Of a stretch of 64,000 nt of DNA, positions 16,997 to 27,259 are shown piece by piece. The notes beneath the pieces are model-generated. The model was given only the letters and a program-made list of their open reading frames with translations, was not told the DNA's origin and did not search any database. Position 1 is the stretch's first letter; each line of letters opens with the position of its first letter. Both the position numbers and the translations under genes were made by a program. The DNA is taken from assembly GCA_027262695.1 (NCBI GenBank), contig GCA_027262695.1_4722.1, one strand, 5' to 3'. This DNA comes from a phage.

Positions 16997-18751
16997 TTAT
17001 GCCGCTACATACCCAGGCCAACGTTCTCTTGGCCAGTTTGTTGCGCCCTGTCCAACGTTGTCCTTACCAGAAGTTACATTACTTACGTCCCAACCACTAA
17101 GATCCTGGTTAAATGCGGTGTTGTTGCGCATCATGAGGTCGATCCTACGTAACGATTGGGTATTCCAGCCGGAAATGTCTTGGTTGAATGCCGCGTTGTA
17201 AGCAAACATGTTAACAACGTCTTGTAATTTTGAAGTGTTCCAGCCGCTTATATCGCTATTGAACTGCATGTTCGAGAACATACTGCTAGCGTTGACAAGA
17301 CTACCTGTTTTCCAGTTAACCAGCTTGTCCCCATCAAGTGCATCGCAGCTACTGAACATGTAACTCATGTCGTTAACTTTGGATACATCCCATTTATCTA
17401 ACCCGTTACCAACGAACTCGTAACAAGCTTGGAACATCCAGCTCATATCGGTAACCTGGCTCACATTCCATTTGCTAAAGTCGAGGTTGAGTTTTGCGCA
17501 TCCGGAGAAGGTTTTATACATACTGGTGATACGACTAACATCCCATTCTTGAATGTTAGGATCATTAAGTATAGATAAGAATTGGAACAATTCGTCTAAC
17601 GACGTCCATTTCTCTGGAATACGGTTTGGTACTGTACGGAGCGATGAAAGGTTATTGGTTGACGGAGAGCGGAACATACCGTTATCCCAATTTACGATTT
17701 CCGTAATGTTGTACCCACGGATCGTTTGGCGTCCATTACCATTATACACAGACCCTGTTGCAGTTATTGTATATTCGTTTGTATCAGCATACGTATGTTC
17801 AGCCTGTGTAGGCCACTCACCTATTACATCCCTATTCCCATCACCCCAATCGATGGAAATATCTGTCCAACCATCAAGATCTAGGGTAACGGTCCCGCCA
17901 TTGGTCTTCAGGACGTATTTACCTGCATTGTCGGTATAATAACAAACAATCATCGCACCGTACAGGTTACCAATTTGCCAATCATCCTTTTGAGTTACCG
18001 CGATATGTGCTGTGCCACGTTGTAGGAAAAGAACCGTACGGTTCTCGTCAGTCTGTAATGCGGTTAGTGCCTGAGTCTTATCATCGTCGGTAATTTCACC
18101 GGCTTCCACTAAAGCACTTAACATTCTTTCGAAGTATTCGATGGGTAATTGGCGTCCTACAGACATATCAACTGATGGAACAGCGAGATCATCCAATGCG
18201 GCGGCAGTTGCAAGCACTAATGATCCATTGGTGGTGCCTGTTTCTTGGAGGTAACGCAGTCCCGTAATCTGGTACGCTTGAATGATTGTAATCAGATCCA
18301 GCGTATCGTTAATGACCTGTACTTGTAAATGTCCAGACCAAACATAGCTGCTTTCAGCAATCGGTAATTCGACCGACTGAATACCCGATGTTTCAAAACT
18401 GATCTTCTTATTAAGATCGGCTTCCAGGAAATCAACCGCGAGGTCGAAATTTATACCGTACTTTTCAGCGATGGAATCTATGATGTTCCTGAAAGCAACA
18501 TCGGTACTTACGATGAATCGTAAAGGGATTCCTGTGAACGCATTAGCAATATCTCGACGAACATACGTAAGTGATTGTTCGAAGAAATAGGGACTGTTAT
18601 CTCCAGGTTTGATGGTTACCTGACACATTTCAGGATGTTCAGATGGGATGAACGATTCAAATTTAACATCGGATTCCTTCAACGAAAGCATGTTCTTCCG
18701 GTTTACCAGCGCCAGAAGATCGGCTTTCCATCCAGGATAAACAGTAGACAT
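16997..18751 (-). CDS. tail fibre protein with C-terminal DUF285-type (WxVSxVTxMxxMF) repeats
   Basis: Start at ATG 18751 (GGAG RBS); N-terminal shared domain (YVRRDIANAFTGIPLRFIV); C-terminal repeats KWNVSQVTDMSWMF, DISGWNTSKLQDVVNMF, DLSGWDVSNVTS. Confidence 0.65.
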   Translation of the reverse strand: MSTVYPGWKADLLALVNRKNMLSLKESDVKFESFIPSEHPEMCQVTIKPGDNSPYFFEQSLTYVRRDIANAFTGIPLRFIVSTDVAFRNIIDSIAEKYGINFDLAVDFLEADLNKKISFETSGIQSVELPIAESSYVWSGHLQVQVINDTLDLITIIQAYQITGLRYLQETGTTNGSLVLATAAALDDLAVPSVDMSVGRQLPIEYFERMLSALVEAGEITDDDKTQALTALQTDENRTVLFLQRGTAHIAVTQKDDWQIGNLYGAMIVCYYTDNAGKYVLKTNGGTVTLDLDGWTDISIDWGDGNRDVIGEWPTQAEHTYADTNEYTITATGSVYNGNGRQTIRGYNITEIVNWDNGMFRSPSTNNLSSLRTVPNRIPEKWTSLDELFQFLSILNDPNIQEWDVSRITSMYKTFSGCAKLNLDFSKWNVSQVTDMSWMFQACYEFVGNGLDKWDVSKVNDMSYMFSSCDALDGDKLVNWKTGSLVNASSMFSNMQFNSDISGWNTSKLQDVVNMFAYNAAFNQDISGWNTQSLRRIDLMMRNNTAFNQDLSGWDVSNVTSGKDNVGQGATNWPRERWPGYVAA

Positions 18752-18789
18752 AAGCACTCCAATCATGGGGCGGTTACCGCCCCCATCAG

Positions 18790-21700
18790 TTAAATTGTCG
18801 GTTTCACGTCGCGTAATAGGGCAATATAATAGCCTAATCCTCGGAGGATCTCCCCACTCCAGAAACCAAAATACATTCCGTCTCTGCCGAGATTAGCACT
18901 ATCTGGTGCAGGACTCCACCCACCATTCATTGCGTCATCAACGGTGTAATGATTGATGTAGTTTTCAGCGATCTCGTTATAAACGTTAACAGCAACAGGA
19001 TAGCCTTTATCGTTGGGATGTCCGTACAACATCGCTAACGACGCACCCGCCAGCCATAATCCTGCCATGTGACCAGTAAAGTCATTCGGGATAAACGCAG
19101 GCGGTTTCTCCATTGGAAAATCCGTTGGTGATTGATAAGCATTTTCCTGCTGGAACGTATATAAGAAATCGATCCAATGACTGATGTAATGGGTTAACTT
19201 CTCAGGGACAGTTAATTTACGATCGATCAATCCCGCGTAAAGCCGTACCGCTGAAAAGAAAGCCCGCGGCTGATAACCAGACCATGCTGTTTGATCGCCG
19301 AAGTGGTACATCGTAAAATCATTGACCTTTGATCCGCTTGGCGCATCCCAACGATCCCACACGTACGCACTCGCACCCGGCCCTAAAACACCGAACTTCT
19401 GATAGTACCATTGCTGTGAGTCATACCAGAAATCCACAACATTCTGAATCATGAGGTCACGACGTTCAGCCGAAACGTCCATATCCAGGAAGACCCACGG
19501 ATGCTGGTAACCCGGATAAGGCTGACCACGCCAGCTGTCGAAAGTCGGTGCATTAGGGATATAGTTGTTCGAGAACGGAATAATACCTGGGGTATAAGGT
19601 AGTGGATCAAGACGTTGGTTAACAATCGTGCAGTCACCAACACGTAATGTTCCTTCCGCTTCAAAGGTTGCTTTCAATGTAAACAGCATGGTATATCCGT
19701 CATCCGTGGCGTAAGTTGATGGTGGATTGTTGATAGCGTAAAGCTTAAACATACCTTCAGCAACACCGCTGTCATCTGGCAAGAACAGAATTTCGGTTGA
19801 ACCATCACCCCATACCGGCGCAGAAGGTTTAGGATCGGTATCAGCATGATTCGGTTGATATCCTGAAAGTGTCCAACCATCAGCAGCGAGCGTTAAGGTA
19901 CTTCGTGCTGTAGTGGTGGGGAGCATCTGCCACCAGCGCCAACCATTTGCATCTTCTACACGGACGTTGTAATCGATCGATGCGAAATAACTGATCTGCC
20001 TTACGATCTGCTTTGCCGTTGGATTGAATTCAAATTGCCCGCCTGCCGCAGTAAGCTGCGCTTTTAAGAACAGCCCATCCCAGGAATCTTCCACAGCTTC
20101 GCTGAACTCCGTGGTGATTGCCACGTCATCCTTCCAGCCGACTTTATCCGCCGATATCAATACAGAACCTGTAACAGCATCACCGGTTGGCGTTGAAGCT
20201 TCATCAACCGCATCAGCAGGAATCAACGCGCCTATTTTGAAATCCCATTCTTTCGGTTCAACGCTGGAAGGTAATACCAGCTTGTACGTTTTGGCTTTCG
20301 CTTCGGTTTTGTCCAAAGAAAGCGATAGTGAGATCTCAACCGGAATTGCAACGCCCGCTGCATCTTTACCTCCGCAGGTTACACGAAGAATTGAATCGCG
20401 ATTGACGCGGAACGGAATGGCCTGCTGTTCAAGGTAAATCTGTGCCGAAGATGCTTGAATCACGATCCAACCGTCAACATCACGTGTGATCGTGAACGGT
20501 GCTTTCGATGGATAGGTATACGTGTAAGCGATACCGTCGGTGTCGTAACGATCGGTTCCTTTTACCTGGCGGAAGAACTTGTCATTCGCATCAATGCGGG
20601 TATATTCCTCAATCGTAAACAAAGATGCCTTATACGCTTTCTGATAGCGCTCCTGCTGCGTTAAACGGTATAAGGTGTAGGCTGCTTCACAAAACCACTG
20701 TTCAGCGTCTGATGCGTTTCCCATGTAGTCTCTGGTGACCGGTACCTGAATTGGTCGGTTATGCTGACACTCATTCGTTTTAATGAGATATCCGCCATAT
20801 TCAACAGGTACACGGGGTGCCCATGCAACCAAATAAGAACCGGTAACGGATTTATCTTTGAGTACGATAGTCCCTACCTCGTCATCCGCACACGCCTCAA
20901 GATCTTCACCGTCCGCTGTTACGTAACGTTTTGTCCGCAACGCCACTTTCTCAATAGGGAATACGGTACCTTTTGTATTCCAGTCAATCGTCCCATTTTC
21001 ATTCGTCTTGAACACATCCGCATTTAGATTTTGCCATCCAAGCTTACCCTCATAGACCTGAACAACAAGATCCATGTATTCCCCGAACGTTGGTGAACCG
21101 TGAGGGATCTTACCGATTCCGTTGGTAAACACAACCGCGGTATCATGGAAACCACCATGTGTTGGGTAATCGTCTTTCGCAAGCGGGTAATGAGCCAACA
21201 CCGGCTGTTTCCCATTAACAATCCAGTTTGCTATCCAACGTGTTGGGGTATCCGGTGGTTCAAGTCCTGCATAGAACGCTTTTACGTACGCGTCGAACGA
21301 TGATTCCGCTAACGTAAGAAAATGGGCTTTAAGCTGGGTATCGTCGGTCGTATGACTGAAAATGCTTGCACCCAGGATTAACAACGATTGTCCTTCCGTT
21401 GTCGCGTCGCCATCCGGTTGTGCTTCCTGACGCGTTGCTGCGATAAAGTGACGGTTATTCACCAACACACCGCTTTCATTCAAGACGTAATGATCGGTTT
21501 CAGGATCGGTAAACGTTCCTGTATTTCGCGTTAAGAAGCGAGCGTGGCCGTAACCAACGAAATTCACCGGAGACGCTGTGATCATCCATTTACCGATAAG
21601 TTGTGCGACGTCCTTATAACGTTCCGACGCCGCGATCTGTTTTACGTACCAGTCTTGTCGATTGAACGTCCAAAGCAGGAAGTAATACGTCTTATTGATC

Positions 21701-22386
21701 TCCATTACCGGAAACGTGGGCGTCAACGGTTCCAACGTTAAATAGTTACTCCAGTCAATCTGACCACCAACAACCGACGGGGTGATTTCAAGCAGTTGGC
21801 ACCATTCGTAACGTTTCGGTTTCGCATCGTAGGTAACTGGCAATGACTGTTTATACGTTCCGACACGGTTCAGGTTGTACTTCTTCCTGGCCGATCCTAA
21901 ATCAACGTAAATGCTAGAACTCGAACTCGCTCCGTATGTACCTAAACCACCCAACGTTGAACGGTACAATGAAATAAACAACGTATCTTCCCAGTAGGGA
22001 TTATCCTCGGTAGGTTCTAACGCAATCTGAGCGGATATCGAGTTCCATGTACCGAGTTGATACGTTGCGTCGAGAGATTCATCCGTGAAGTACGACTCTG
22101 GTAAGCTGAGTTGATACCTTTCGTTAATTAATGCTAACGCGGCACGACCCGTAATATCTTCATTACCAGTTTCTTTCTTTACGATCGCGCCGAATGGAAA
22201 CAACGTTGCAAATGAACGTTTTGGTTTATTTACGGTTACCGTTCCTGTGTAGCTTCCTGTTCCCGTGAGTTGTTGGCCATCAACTGTTGCGGTAACGTTG
22301 ATAGTCGCATCTGGAACGTTCGTTTTGTTGAGCGTGTTTAGTTGCTCGATCAGTTCGCGTTTATCGTCAGGCAGAAATGTTGCCAT
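18790..22386 (-). CDS. large tail fibre/tailspike protein (1198 aa), distal domain of unknown activity
   Basis: Longest ORF in window, within fibre locus; N-terminal region weakly similar in pattern to shared attachment domain. Confidence 0.6.
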   Translation of the reverse strand: MATFLPDDKRELIEQLNTLNKTNVPDATINVTATVDGQQLTGTGSYTGTVTVNKPKRSFATLFPFGAIVKKETGNEDITGRAALALINERYQLSLPESYFTDESLDATYQLGTWNSISAQIALEPTEDNPYWEDTLFISLYRSTLGGLGTYGASSSSSIYVDLGSARKKYNLNRVGTYKQSLPVTYDAKPKRYEWCQLLEITPSVVGGQIDWSNYLTLEPLTPTFPVMEINKTYYFLLWTFNRQDWYVKQIAASERYKDVAQLIGKWMITASPVNFVGYGHARFLTRNTGTFTDPETDHYVLNESGVLVNNRHFIAATRQEAQPDGDATTEGQSLLILGASIFSHTTDDTQLKAHFLTLAESSFDAYVKAFYAGLEPPDTPTRWIANWIVNGKQPVLAHYPLAKDDYPTHGGFHDTAVVFTNGIGKIPHGSPTFGEYMDLVVQVYEGKLGWQNLNADVFKTNENGTIDWNTKGTVFPIEKVALRTKRYVTADGEDLEACADDEVGTIVLKDKSVTGSYLVAWAPRVPVEYGGYLIKTNECQHNRPIQVPVTRDYMGNASDAEQWFCEAAYTLYRLTQQERYQKAYKASLFTIEEYTRIDANDKFFRQVKGTDRYDTDGIAYTYTYPSKAPFTITRDVDGWIVIQASSAQIYLEQQAIPFRVNRDSILRVTCGGKDAAGVAIPVEISLSLSLDKTEAKAKTYKLVLPSSVEPKEWDFKIGALIPADAVDEASTPTGDAVTGSVLISADKVGWKDDVAITTEFSEAVEDSWDGLFLKAQLTAAGGQFEFNPTAKQIVRQISYFASIDYNVRVEDANGWRWWQMLPTTTARSTLTLAADGWTLSGYQPNHADTDPKPSAPVWGDGSTEILFLPDDSGVAEGMFKLYAINNPPSTYATDDGYTMLFTLKATFEAEGTLRVGDCTIVNQRLDPLPYTPGIIPFSNNYIPNAPTFDSWRGQPYPGYQHPWVFLDMDVSAERRDLMIQNVVDFWYDSQQWYYQKFGVLGPGASAYVWDRWDAPSGSKVNDFTMYHFGDQTAWSGYQPRAFFSAVRLYAGLIDRKLTVPEKLTHYISHWIDFLYTFQQENAYQSPTDFPMEKPPAFIPNDFTGHMAGLWLAGASLAMLYGHPNDKGYPVAVNVYNEIAENYINHYTVDDAMNGGWSPAPDSANLGRDGMYFGFWSGEILRGLGYYIALLRDVKPTI

Positions 22387-22398
22387 TTATACACCCCT

Positions 22399-23220
22399 TT
22401 AATCGTAACTAAAATAAAGCTGGCTGCTAATTCCGCTATCTGGATGCGGTTTTAACACGAGTACGGATTCACCAAACGATGGTTTTACGGGTGCTGAGGG
22501 ACCGCTCGTGATACCGTTATAAACGACGGTAGCGTTCGTGACAAGTTCCCACGCAAGGGTATAATCCATAGACGACAATGCCGTTGCTAAACAGTAAGCT
22601 GCACGTCCTGTCGGTGATGTTCCAGCCGCGAGCCGACGTATCGCACCTTGTATAGGCACATCAAGTAATATCCCGTAGGTACTTAACGCGTGAATACCGG
22701 ATTGCGCTTGATCTTCAGGGTAGTACGATGTTAACGGTGTTTTCACCATAAACAACTCGGTGAGGTTATTGCTCTGTGCTTTCTTCGCAACGAATTGGAA
22801 AGTCCCATACCACGATTCTGAGGCGTTGGCACGAACAGCAATTGAAACCGTCTTCTCTTGGGTTTCGAATACGATCGATTGGGTTAACGTATCCTGATCG
22901 AATATTGCTAAATCAATCACTAATCCGTATTTTTGAAACAGCTGGCTTAAACAATCCGCGACGGTGGTTGCGTTAGCGACGATAACATAAGGTTGATGAT
23001 GAATGAACAGTTTACTGATATCGCGTCGTTGGAGATAAATGGAGACAGGATCGTCGGAATAATACAGTGATTGTGGCGCGGGATTAATGGACAAGCGTAT
23101 ACGTCCAGAGTTACCGTACCAGTCAGGCGTTATCGTGATATCCGATAAGGTTAGCGGTTGGTGTATATGTTGATTTAATCTAGAGAGTACATCCTCTTGC
23201 CATGTTCGTTCTGGGTACAT
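22399..23220 (-). CDS. tail fibre-locus protein with shared N-terminal attachment domain
   Basis: Start set at ATG 23220 (GAGG RBS); motif QRRDISKLF and FQKYGLVIDLAIFDQ align with the other fibre N-termini. Confidence 0.5.
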   Translation of the reverse strand: MYPERTWQEDVLSRLNQHIHQPLTLSDITITPDWYGNSGRIRLSINPAPQSLYYSDDPVSIYLQRRDISKLFIHHQPYVIVANATTVADCLSQLFQKYGLVIDLAIFDQDTLTQSIVFETQEKTVSIAVRANASESWYGTFQFVAKKAQSNNLTELFMVKTPLTSYYPEDQAQSGIHALSTYGILLDVPIQGAIRRLAAGTSPTGRAAYCLATALSSMDYTLAWELVTNATVVYNGITSGPSAPVKPSFGESVLVLKPHPDSGISSQLYFSYD

Positions 23221-23307
23221 TTTTTGACCTCGTAACTTATAAATATAACGGAGGACTGAATTCATACCATGGGAGAGGCGAAAAAAAAAAACGAAAAAAT
23301 AGGAAAA

Positions 23308-23339
23308 CGGTGTTCATCCTTTTTAGGGGATGAACACCG
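23308..23339 (-). terminator. rho-independent terminator for leftward transcription
   Basis: 12-bp perfect stem cggtgttcatcc/ggatgaacaccg with 8-nt loop; followed on minus strand by U-rich tract (plus-strand A11 at 23281-23291). Confidence 0.7.
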
Positions 23340-23349
23340 GATAACAAAA

Positions 23350-23937
23350 TTAATGAGGAATGAGAGAACTTAATTCGCTTTCTTCGATAACGAAGGTTTC
23401 GTTTTGGTTATCGAGATTCGTCAGCAAGACTTGTCCGACCGTAAAACAATCACCGCCTTTCTTCGGTACCCAAACCGGTTCGTTGGTTACCGAATCAGGA
23501 TACCATTTAAAACGGTTGGTGTCCAGGAAGAACGCTGCTTTGTTTTCATTATCGGTAGAACGATAACTGATCAATGCAGGCCACTCAATCCATGTCTTGG
23601 TGCACGGCACATGCAGGGGATACCACGCACGCCAATACTTACCAGGGCGTTTTGGATCCTCCCAGTATTCTGCCGTTAGCACGGCATCTTTATACTGTTT
23701 CTGCATCAGCATCTCAAGAACAGGTTCGTTGCCGAGCGGTAAACGCACCAATTCTCTTTCGACGTACGCGGGATCGTCAAAAACGTCTCGATGTAAGTGG
23801 GTGGATACCCCAACAGGGGGTTTCGCGATCGTTGGTTTACGTTTCTGTTCTTTACGACGTGTATACAGAAACAATCCGATCGATACCAGCACGAGTAAAA
23901 CAAACAACACTACCTTCATACCATCAATCCAACTCAT
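23350..23937 (-). CDS. hypothetical membrane-anchored protein
   Basis: 195 aa; N-terminal TM helix VVLFVLLVLVSIGLFLY followed by basic stretch. Confidence 0.5.
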   Translation of the reverse strand: MSWIDGMKVVLFVLLVLVSIGLFLYTRRKEQKRKPTIAKPPVGVSTHLHRDVFDDPAYVERELVRLPLGNEPVLEMLMQKQYKDAVLTAEYWEDPKRPGKYWRAWYPLHVPCTKTWIEWPALISYRSTDNENKAAFFLDTNRFKWYPDSVTNEPVWVPKKGGDCFTVGQVLLTNLDNQNETFVIEESELSSLIPH

Positions 23938-24629
23938 TCGTCAACGTCTCCTTCTGCAAACAGGGTCAATTTGATTTCGGGATCATAGAACATGGTGATC
24001 ACACCATCTTGTTCTGCTGAACGCTGCGCTGTCCATATTAACTGTTCATCCCGAATATCAAATTTATACCGTTCGTCGCTAACCACCGCTTCTGCATCGA
24101 CGTAATGATAAATGGCACCTTCAGGATTCTCAATCCAGCCACGTACCATCAAACGGTCTTTCTGCTTACGTGTGAAGAATCGATACGGATCTTCACATGT
24201 TTGCCAAACATCACCGCTTTCGCTTACCAGTTCGTCATACACCTTCGAAAGCTCGTCAGGCACTGGAATCAGAATGTTATCCTGATAACTTGACCAGAAG
24301 CGACGTACGTCTTGTAATAGATCATCGCCCTGAAGTTCGATGGTTTCAGTATCATTGCCCTTTACAATTTCAATGCGGTCATGATAAACCCGAACCCAAC
24401 CGTCATGCCAGTTATTACCATCAATCCGAAAAAGCAACGTATGAAAAACAACAACGTCGATATCGTCGAATGAATCAAGTAACGCTTTAGCTGCTAACAA
24501 CGGCGAATAATTCTTCGATTGCGTTGCTTTATGGATCTCTTCTTTGATGTACAGCTTTCCATGGATTGGGTGTTCTATAACAAAACCACAGGAAAGCATG
24601 ATGCTTCCTTGATAACGTGCTTCTTGCAT
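23934..24629 (-). CDS. hypothetical protein
   Basis: 231-aa ORF, start overlaps upstream stop. Confidence 0.5.
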   Translation of the reverse strand: MQEARYQGSIMLSCGFVIEHPIHGKLYIKEEIHKATQSKNYSPLLAAKALLDSFDDIDVVVFHTLLFRIDGNNWHDGWVRVYHDRIEIVKGNDTETIELQGDDLLQDVRRFWSSYQDNILIPVPDELSKVYDELVSESGDVWQTCEDPYRFFTRKQKDRLMVRGWIENPEGAIYHYVDAEAVVSDERYKFDIRDEQLIWTAQRSAEQDGVITMFYDPEIKLTLFAEGDVDE

Positions 24630-24713
24630 TTCTATTCCTCAAAATAAAGATTGTCTTTTTACATGACATGATTACAGTTTATCAGTTCACAGGTTACTGA
24701 TTTTCGGTAAGAA

Positions 24714-25244
24714 TTAATTTTGGCCTATCACCTTTTCTACCGCTTCAAGAATAGCGTCGTTTAGTCGTTGCCCACGTTCCTCCATTGTTCCACCATCGCG
24801 ATGTTTGTAGTTAACCGAGTCGATGTCCCAAGCCCAGTAAGGCATCTCCGATGACTTGTCATCTCTGGTAGGATCGTTCAATCGGCTAGCACTAATCTGC
24901 CAGATGAAATCGGCGGGTTGTCGCCGCAAGCATTCACCGATAGCGTCTATATAAGACAACCCTTCGGTCGTCACAGCGACGATGACGTGCGGGTGTTTAT
25001 TAACAACCTTCGTGATTGGTTTCCCATTAACAACCACTATACGGGTTACGTTATCGTGCCCTTCGCACGACCACATCGGTGCGATACCAGGCGCATCCAA
25101 TAATGCCTGACAGGCGGGTAAAATACGCGGTTCGACTACACCTGCTTCGATAGCAGCCCGTGCGCGCTCTTTAAAACGCATCAGTTGTTCTTCAGTGATA
25201 ACAAAAGAAAACATGGTTACTCCTTTCTGGTTCTTCCCCTCCAC
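24714..25244 (-). CDS. hypothetical protein
   Basis: 176-aa ORF. Confidence 0.45.
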   Translation of the reverse strand: MEGKNQKGVTMFSFVITEEQLMRFKERARAAIEAGVVEPRILPACQALLDAPGIAPMWSCEGHDNVTRIVVVNGKPITKVVNKHPHVIVAVTTEGLSYIDAIGECLRRQPADFIWQISASRLNDPTRDDKSSEMPYWAWDIDSVNYKHRDGGTMEERGQRLNDAILEAVEKVIGQN

Positions 25245-25286
25245 AGCCTCAGGAAGAGAAGAACCATTTGTTACGTTGACGGATGA

Positions 25287-25544
25287 TCAAAATCCACTGA
25301 TTGGATTGTTCAACGCTTTATCGCGGATTTTAATTGCCGCCAACATCGCTTTCTGATACGAATCGTAGGTATCGACAGAAACCGTTAAATCGACCAATTT
25401 CTCTAACACAGATTCAGTCGCTTTTACGCGAACGCGAAACTTGGTAATGACATTATCTTTGTTACGGTAAACGGTGATGTGATGCAACGGCTGAACTTTA
25501 GTTTTATTAGTTTTAACGGATTTAGTTACGTTGATCGTTTTCAT
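25287..25544 (-). CDS. hypothetical small protein
   Basis: Start moved to ATG 25544 (AAAAAGGAAACC RBS); ORF-track start lies inside hairpin 25599-25616. Confidence 0.45.
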   Translation of the reverse strand: MKTINVTKSVKTNKTKVQPLHHITVYRNKDNVITKFRVRVKATESVLEKLVDLTVSVDTYDSYQKAMLAAIKIRDKALNNPISGF

Positions 25545-25598
25545 GGTGGTTTCCTTTTTAACTAGGATGATTGCATATACAGGGTTTAACGGCATAAA

Positions 25599-25616
25599 CC
25601 CTCCCCGGAGGGAGGG
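25599..25616. promoter_or_regulatory. short GC-rich stem-loop preceded by GGCATAAA
   Basis: ccctccccggagggaggg. Confidence 0.5.
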
Positions 25617-25633
25617 CATACGAACAGTTCGAT

Positions 25634-26128
25634 TTACGTATGTCGGCGTTTGCCAAAGAAAATGTGATTATCTACCACGGTGATGTTGGTAGCATGCTTT
25701 TTGAAATGTTTGGGGCGAAGGTGTTTCGCGTTGAAGAATACAGCTCCTTTAGTTGGATCAGCTTTTCGATAGGCGGGCATATCGTTACGTAAGACTGCAA
25801 CTTTACGTGCGATTGCTCTTGCGCGGTCGAAAGCGACTTTATCGGTAATGACGATCCTTTTACGTTTTGTCCAGGGGAATTGACCTCTTTGCAGTACCAC
25901 GTCTCTGACGTTCGTAGGGAATCGGGAATCCATAGAACGGTTATGTATTAAAAACGCCACGGAGTATTGTCCTTTCAGCGATTCGCCTCTGGCCTCCATA
26001 TACACGGCACAGGCGACGATCTCTTTCCGACAATCTATTCTAGGCCCTGCGTTCACCGATGCTTGACTGAACGGTGTAATAAGCAACATAACAAGCCCTA
26101 AAATCAACGTGTGTAAAATACCTTGCAT
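25634..26128 (-). CDS. secreted cell-wall hydrolase, SleB/Hydrolase_2-like (putative endolysin)
   Basis: 164 aa; N-terminal signal peptide MQGILHTLILGLVMLLITPFSQA; motif IVACAVYMEARGESLKGQYSVAFLIHNR characteristic of SleB-type hydrolases; GAGGT RBS. Confidence 0.65.
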   Translation of the reverse strand: MQGILHTLILGLVMLLITPFSQASVNAGPRIDCRKEIVACAVYMEARGESLKGQYSVAFLIHNRSMDSRFPTNVRDVVLQRGQFPWTKRKRIVITDKVAFDRARAIARKVAVLRNDMPAYRKADPTKGAVFFNAKHLRPKHFKKHATNITVVDNHIFFGKRRHT

Positions 26129-26380
26129 CTTAATAACCTCACGATAAGGTGCTGTCCACTGGCGTCTTGATAACGCATCCCGTCATCGGGTTGTTCTATT
26201 CAGCGGGCAGCAGGTTAGCGTCAGATGTTTGCCCGACATCCACGACAGAAATAAACAGTACTGAAAATGCGGTCTCCTCTGGTTTGGCAATAAACATAAC
26301 GTTGGATAACAGAACCCATTTCCCGCATCCAACGCGGTAAAGGTGTACATCGTTTGAATTCATATAGTTTCTCAAAGATG

Positions 26381-26683
26381 TTAACCTCTACCGTCAAGCC
26401 ACAGGTTATATTTCTCACGGATAGTAGGATCGCGATAAATACGACGATACCTTAATTCCGGTAATAACCCGGTTCGTACCAACTCATCCGTTATCTTCCG
26501 ACGTCGTTCTACGCCATCATGAATACGACGTAACTCACGGAAGTTAAGCGGTGTTTGTTTCATCAGAATTCCCATTACAACCGGGCGATGATCGATTTCG
26601 TACAGTGACAATACTCCACGTATTTCGTCTAACACGCGTTCTCGATCGATCAATATACGGTCGTGGTATTTTAACTGTTCCAT
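26381..26683 (-). CDS. hypothetical protein
   Basis: ORF with start set at ATG 26683 overlapping upstream stop by 13 nt. Confidence 0.35.
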   Translation of the reverse strand: MEQLKYHDRILIDRERVLDEIRGVLSLYEIDHRPVVMGILMKQTPLNFRELRRIHDGVERRRKITDELVRTGLLPELRYRRIYRDPTIREKYNLWLDGRG

Positions 26684-27048
26684 AACGACCACTCTTGTTC
26701 TACACGTCGACATACCGGTAATAAACACCACCAACATAAGGCGCTAAACGATAACAGCGCGAGAATAGCTGTGATTCCATTCAGGTGTCCGCTGATTTGC
26801 CATGAAGTAAACATGAATAGAACATAACCTAAACCATACCCAATGAACCGTTTGATGTTATATACCGATTGTACACAGATGTACAGCAACGGGATTTGCC
26901 CAACAATAGAAATAACGGATCGTACCACAAAGTTAATACGCGCTGACGTATCAATGAAATCCATTGTAACCGCATTAATACCAATCAACGTAAGTGTGAT
27001 ACCGAGAAAGATTTTTATATACGTGCTGAATTTAGTTGCTTTTTGCAT
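26671..27048 (-). CDS. multi-pass membrane protein (holin-like candidate)
   Basis: 125 aa with about four hydrophobic segments. Confidence 0.5.
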   Translation of the reverse strand: MQKATKFSTYIKIFLGITLTLIGINAVTMDFIDTSARINFVVRSVISIVGQIPLLYICVQSVYNIKRFIGYGLGYVLFMFTSWQISGHLNGITAILALLSFSALCWWCLLPVCRRVEQEWSLWNS

Positions 27049-27259
27049 TGTGCTTATTCCTACCTACGTTCCTCAACAATGTAACGATAACGAATACCGC
27101 TATCATCAAGAAGATGAACCATAACCCAACGTTGATTCGGGCTGCAGGTTCGTCCACCATGAAGAACATCCATCCGCAGAACCCGATGACAATCCATACC
27201 AACACCATCCCGGTTAATCCACGCAACAGCAGATGTCCCATAATCCCTCCTGATTTCAT
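27032..27259 (-). CDS. small two-TM membrane protein (holin/antiholin candidate)
   Basis: 75 aa; hydrophobic segments GMVLVWIVIGFCGWMFFMV and LWFIFLMIAVFVIVTLL; start overlaps upstream stop (ATGA). Confidence 0.5.
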   Translation of the reverse strand: MKSGGIMGHLLLRGLTGMVLVWIVIGFCGWMFFMVDEPAARINVGLWFIFLMIAVFVIVTLLRNVGRNKHNAKSN

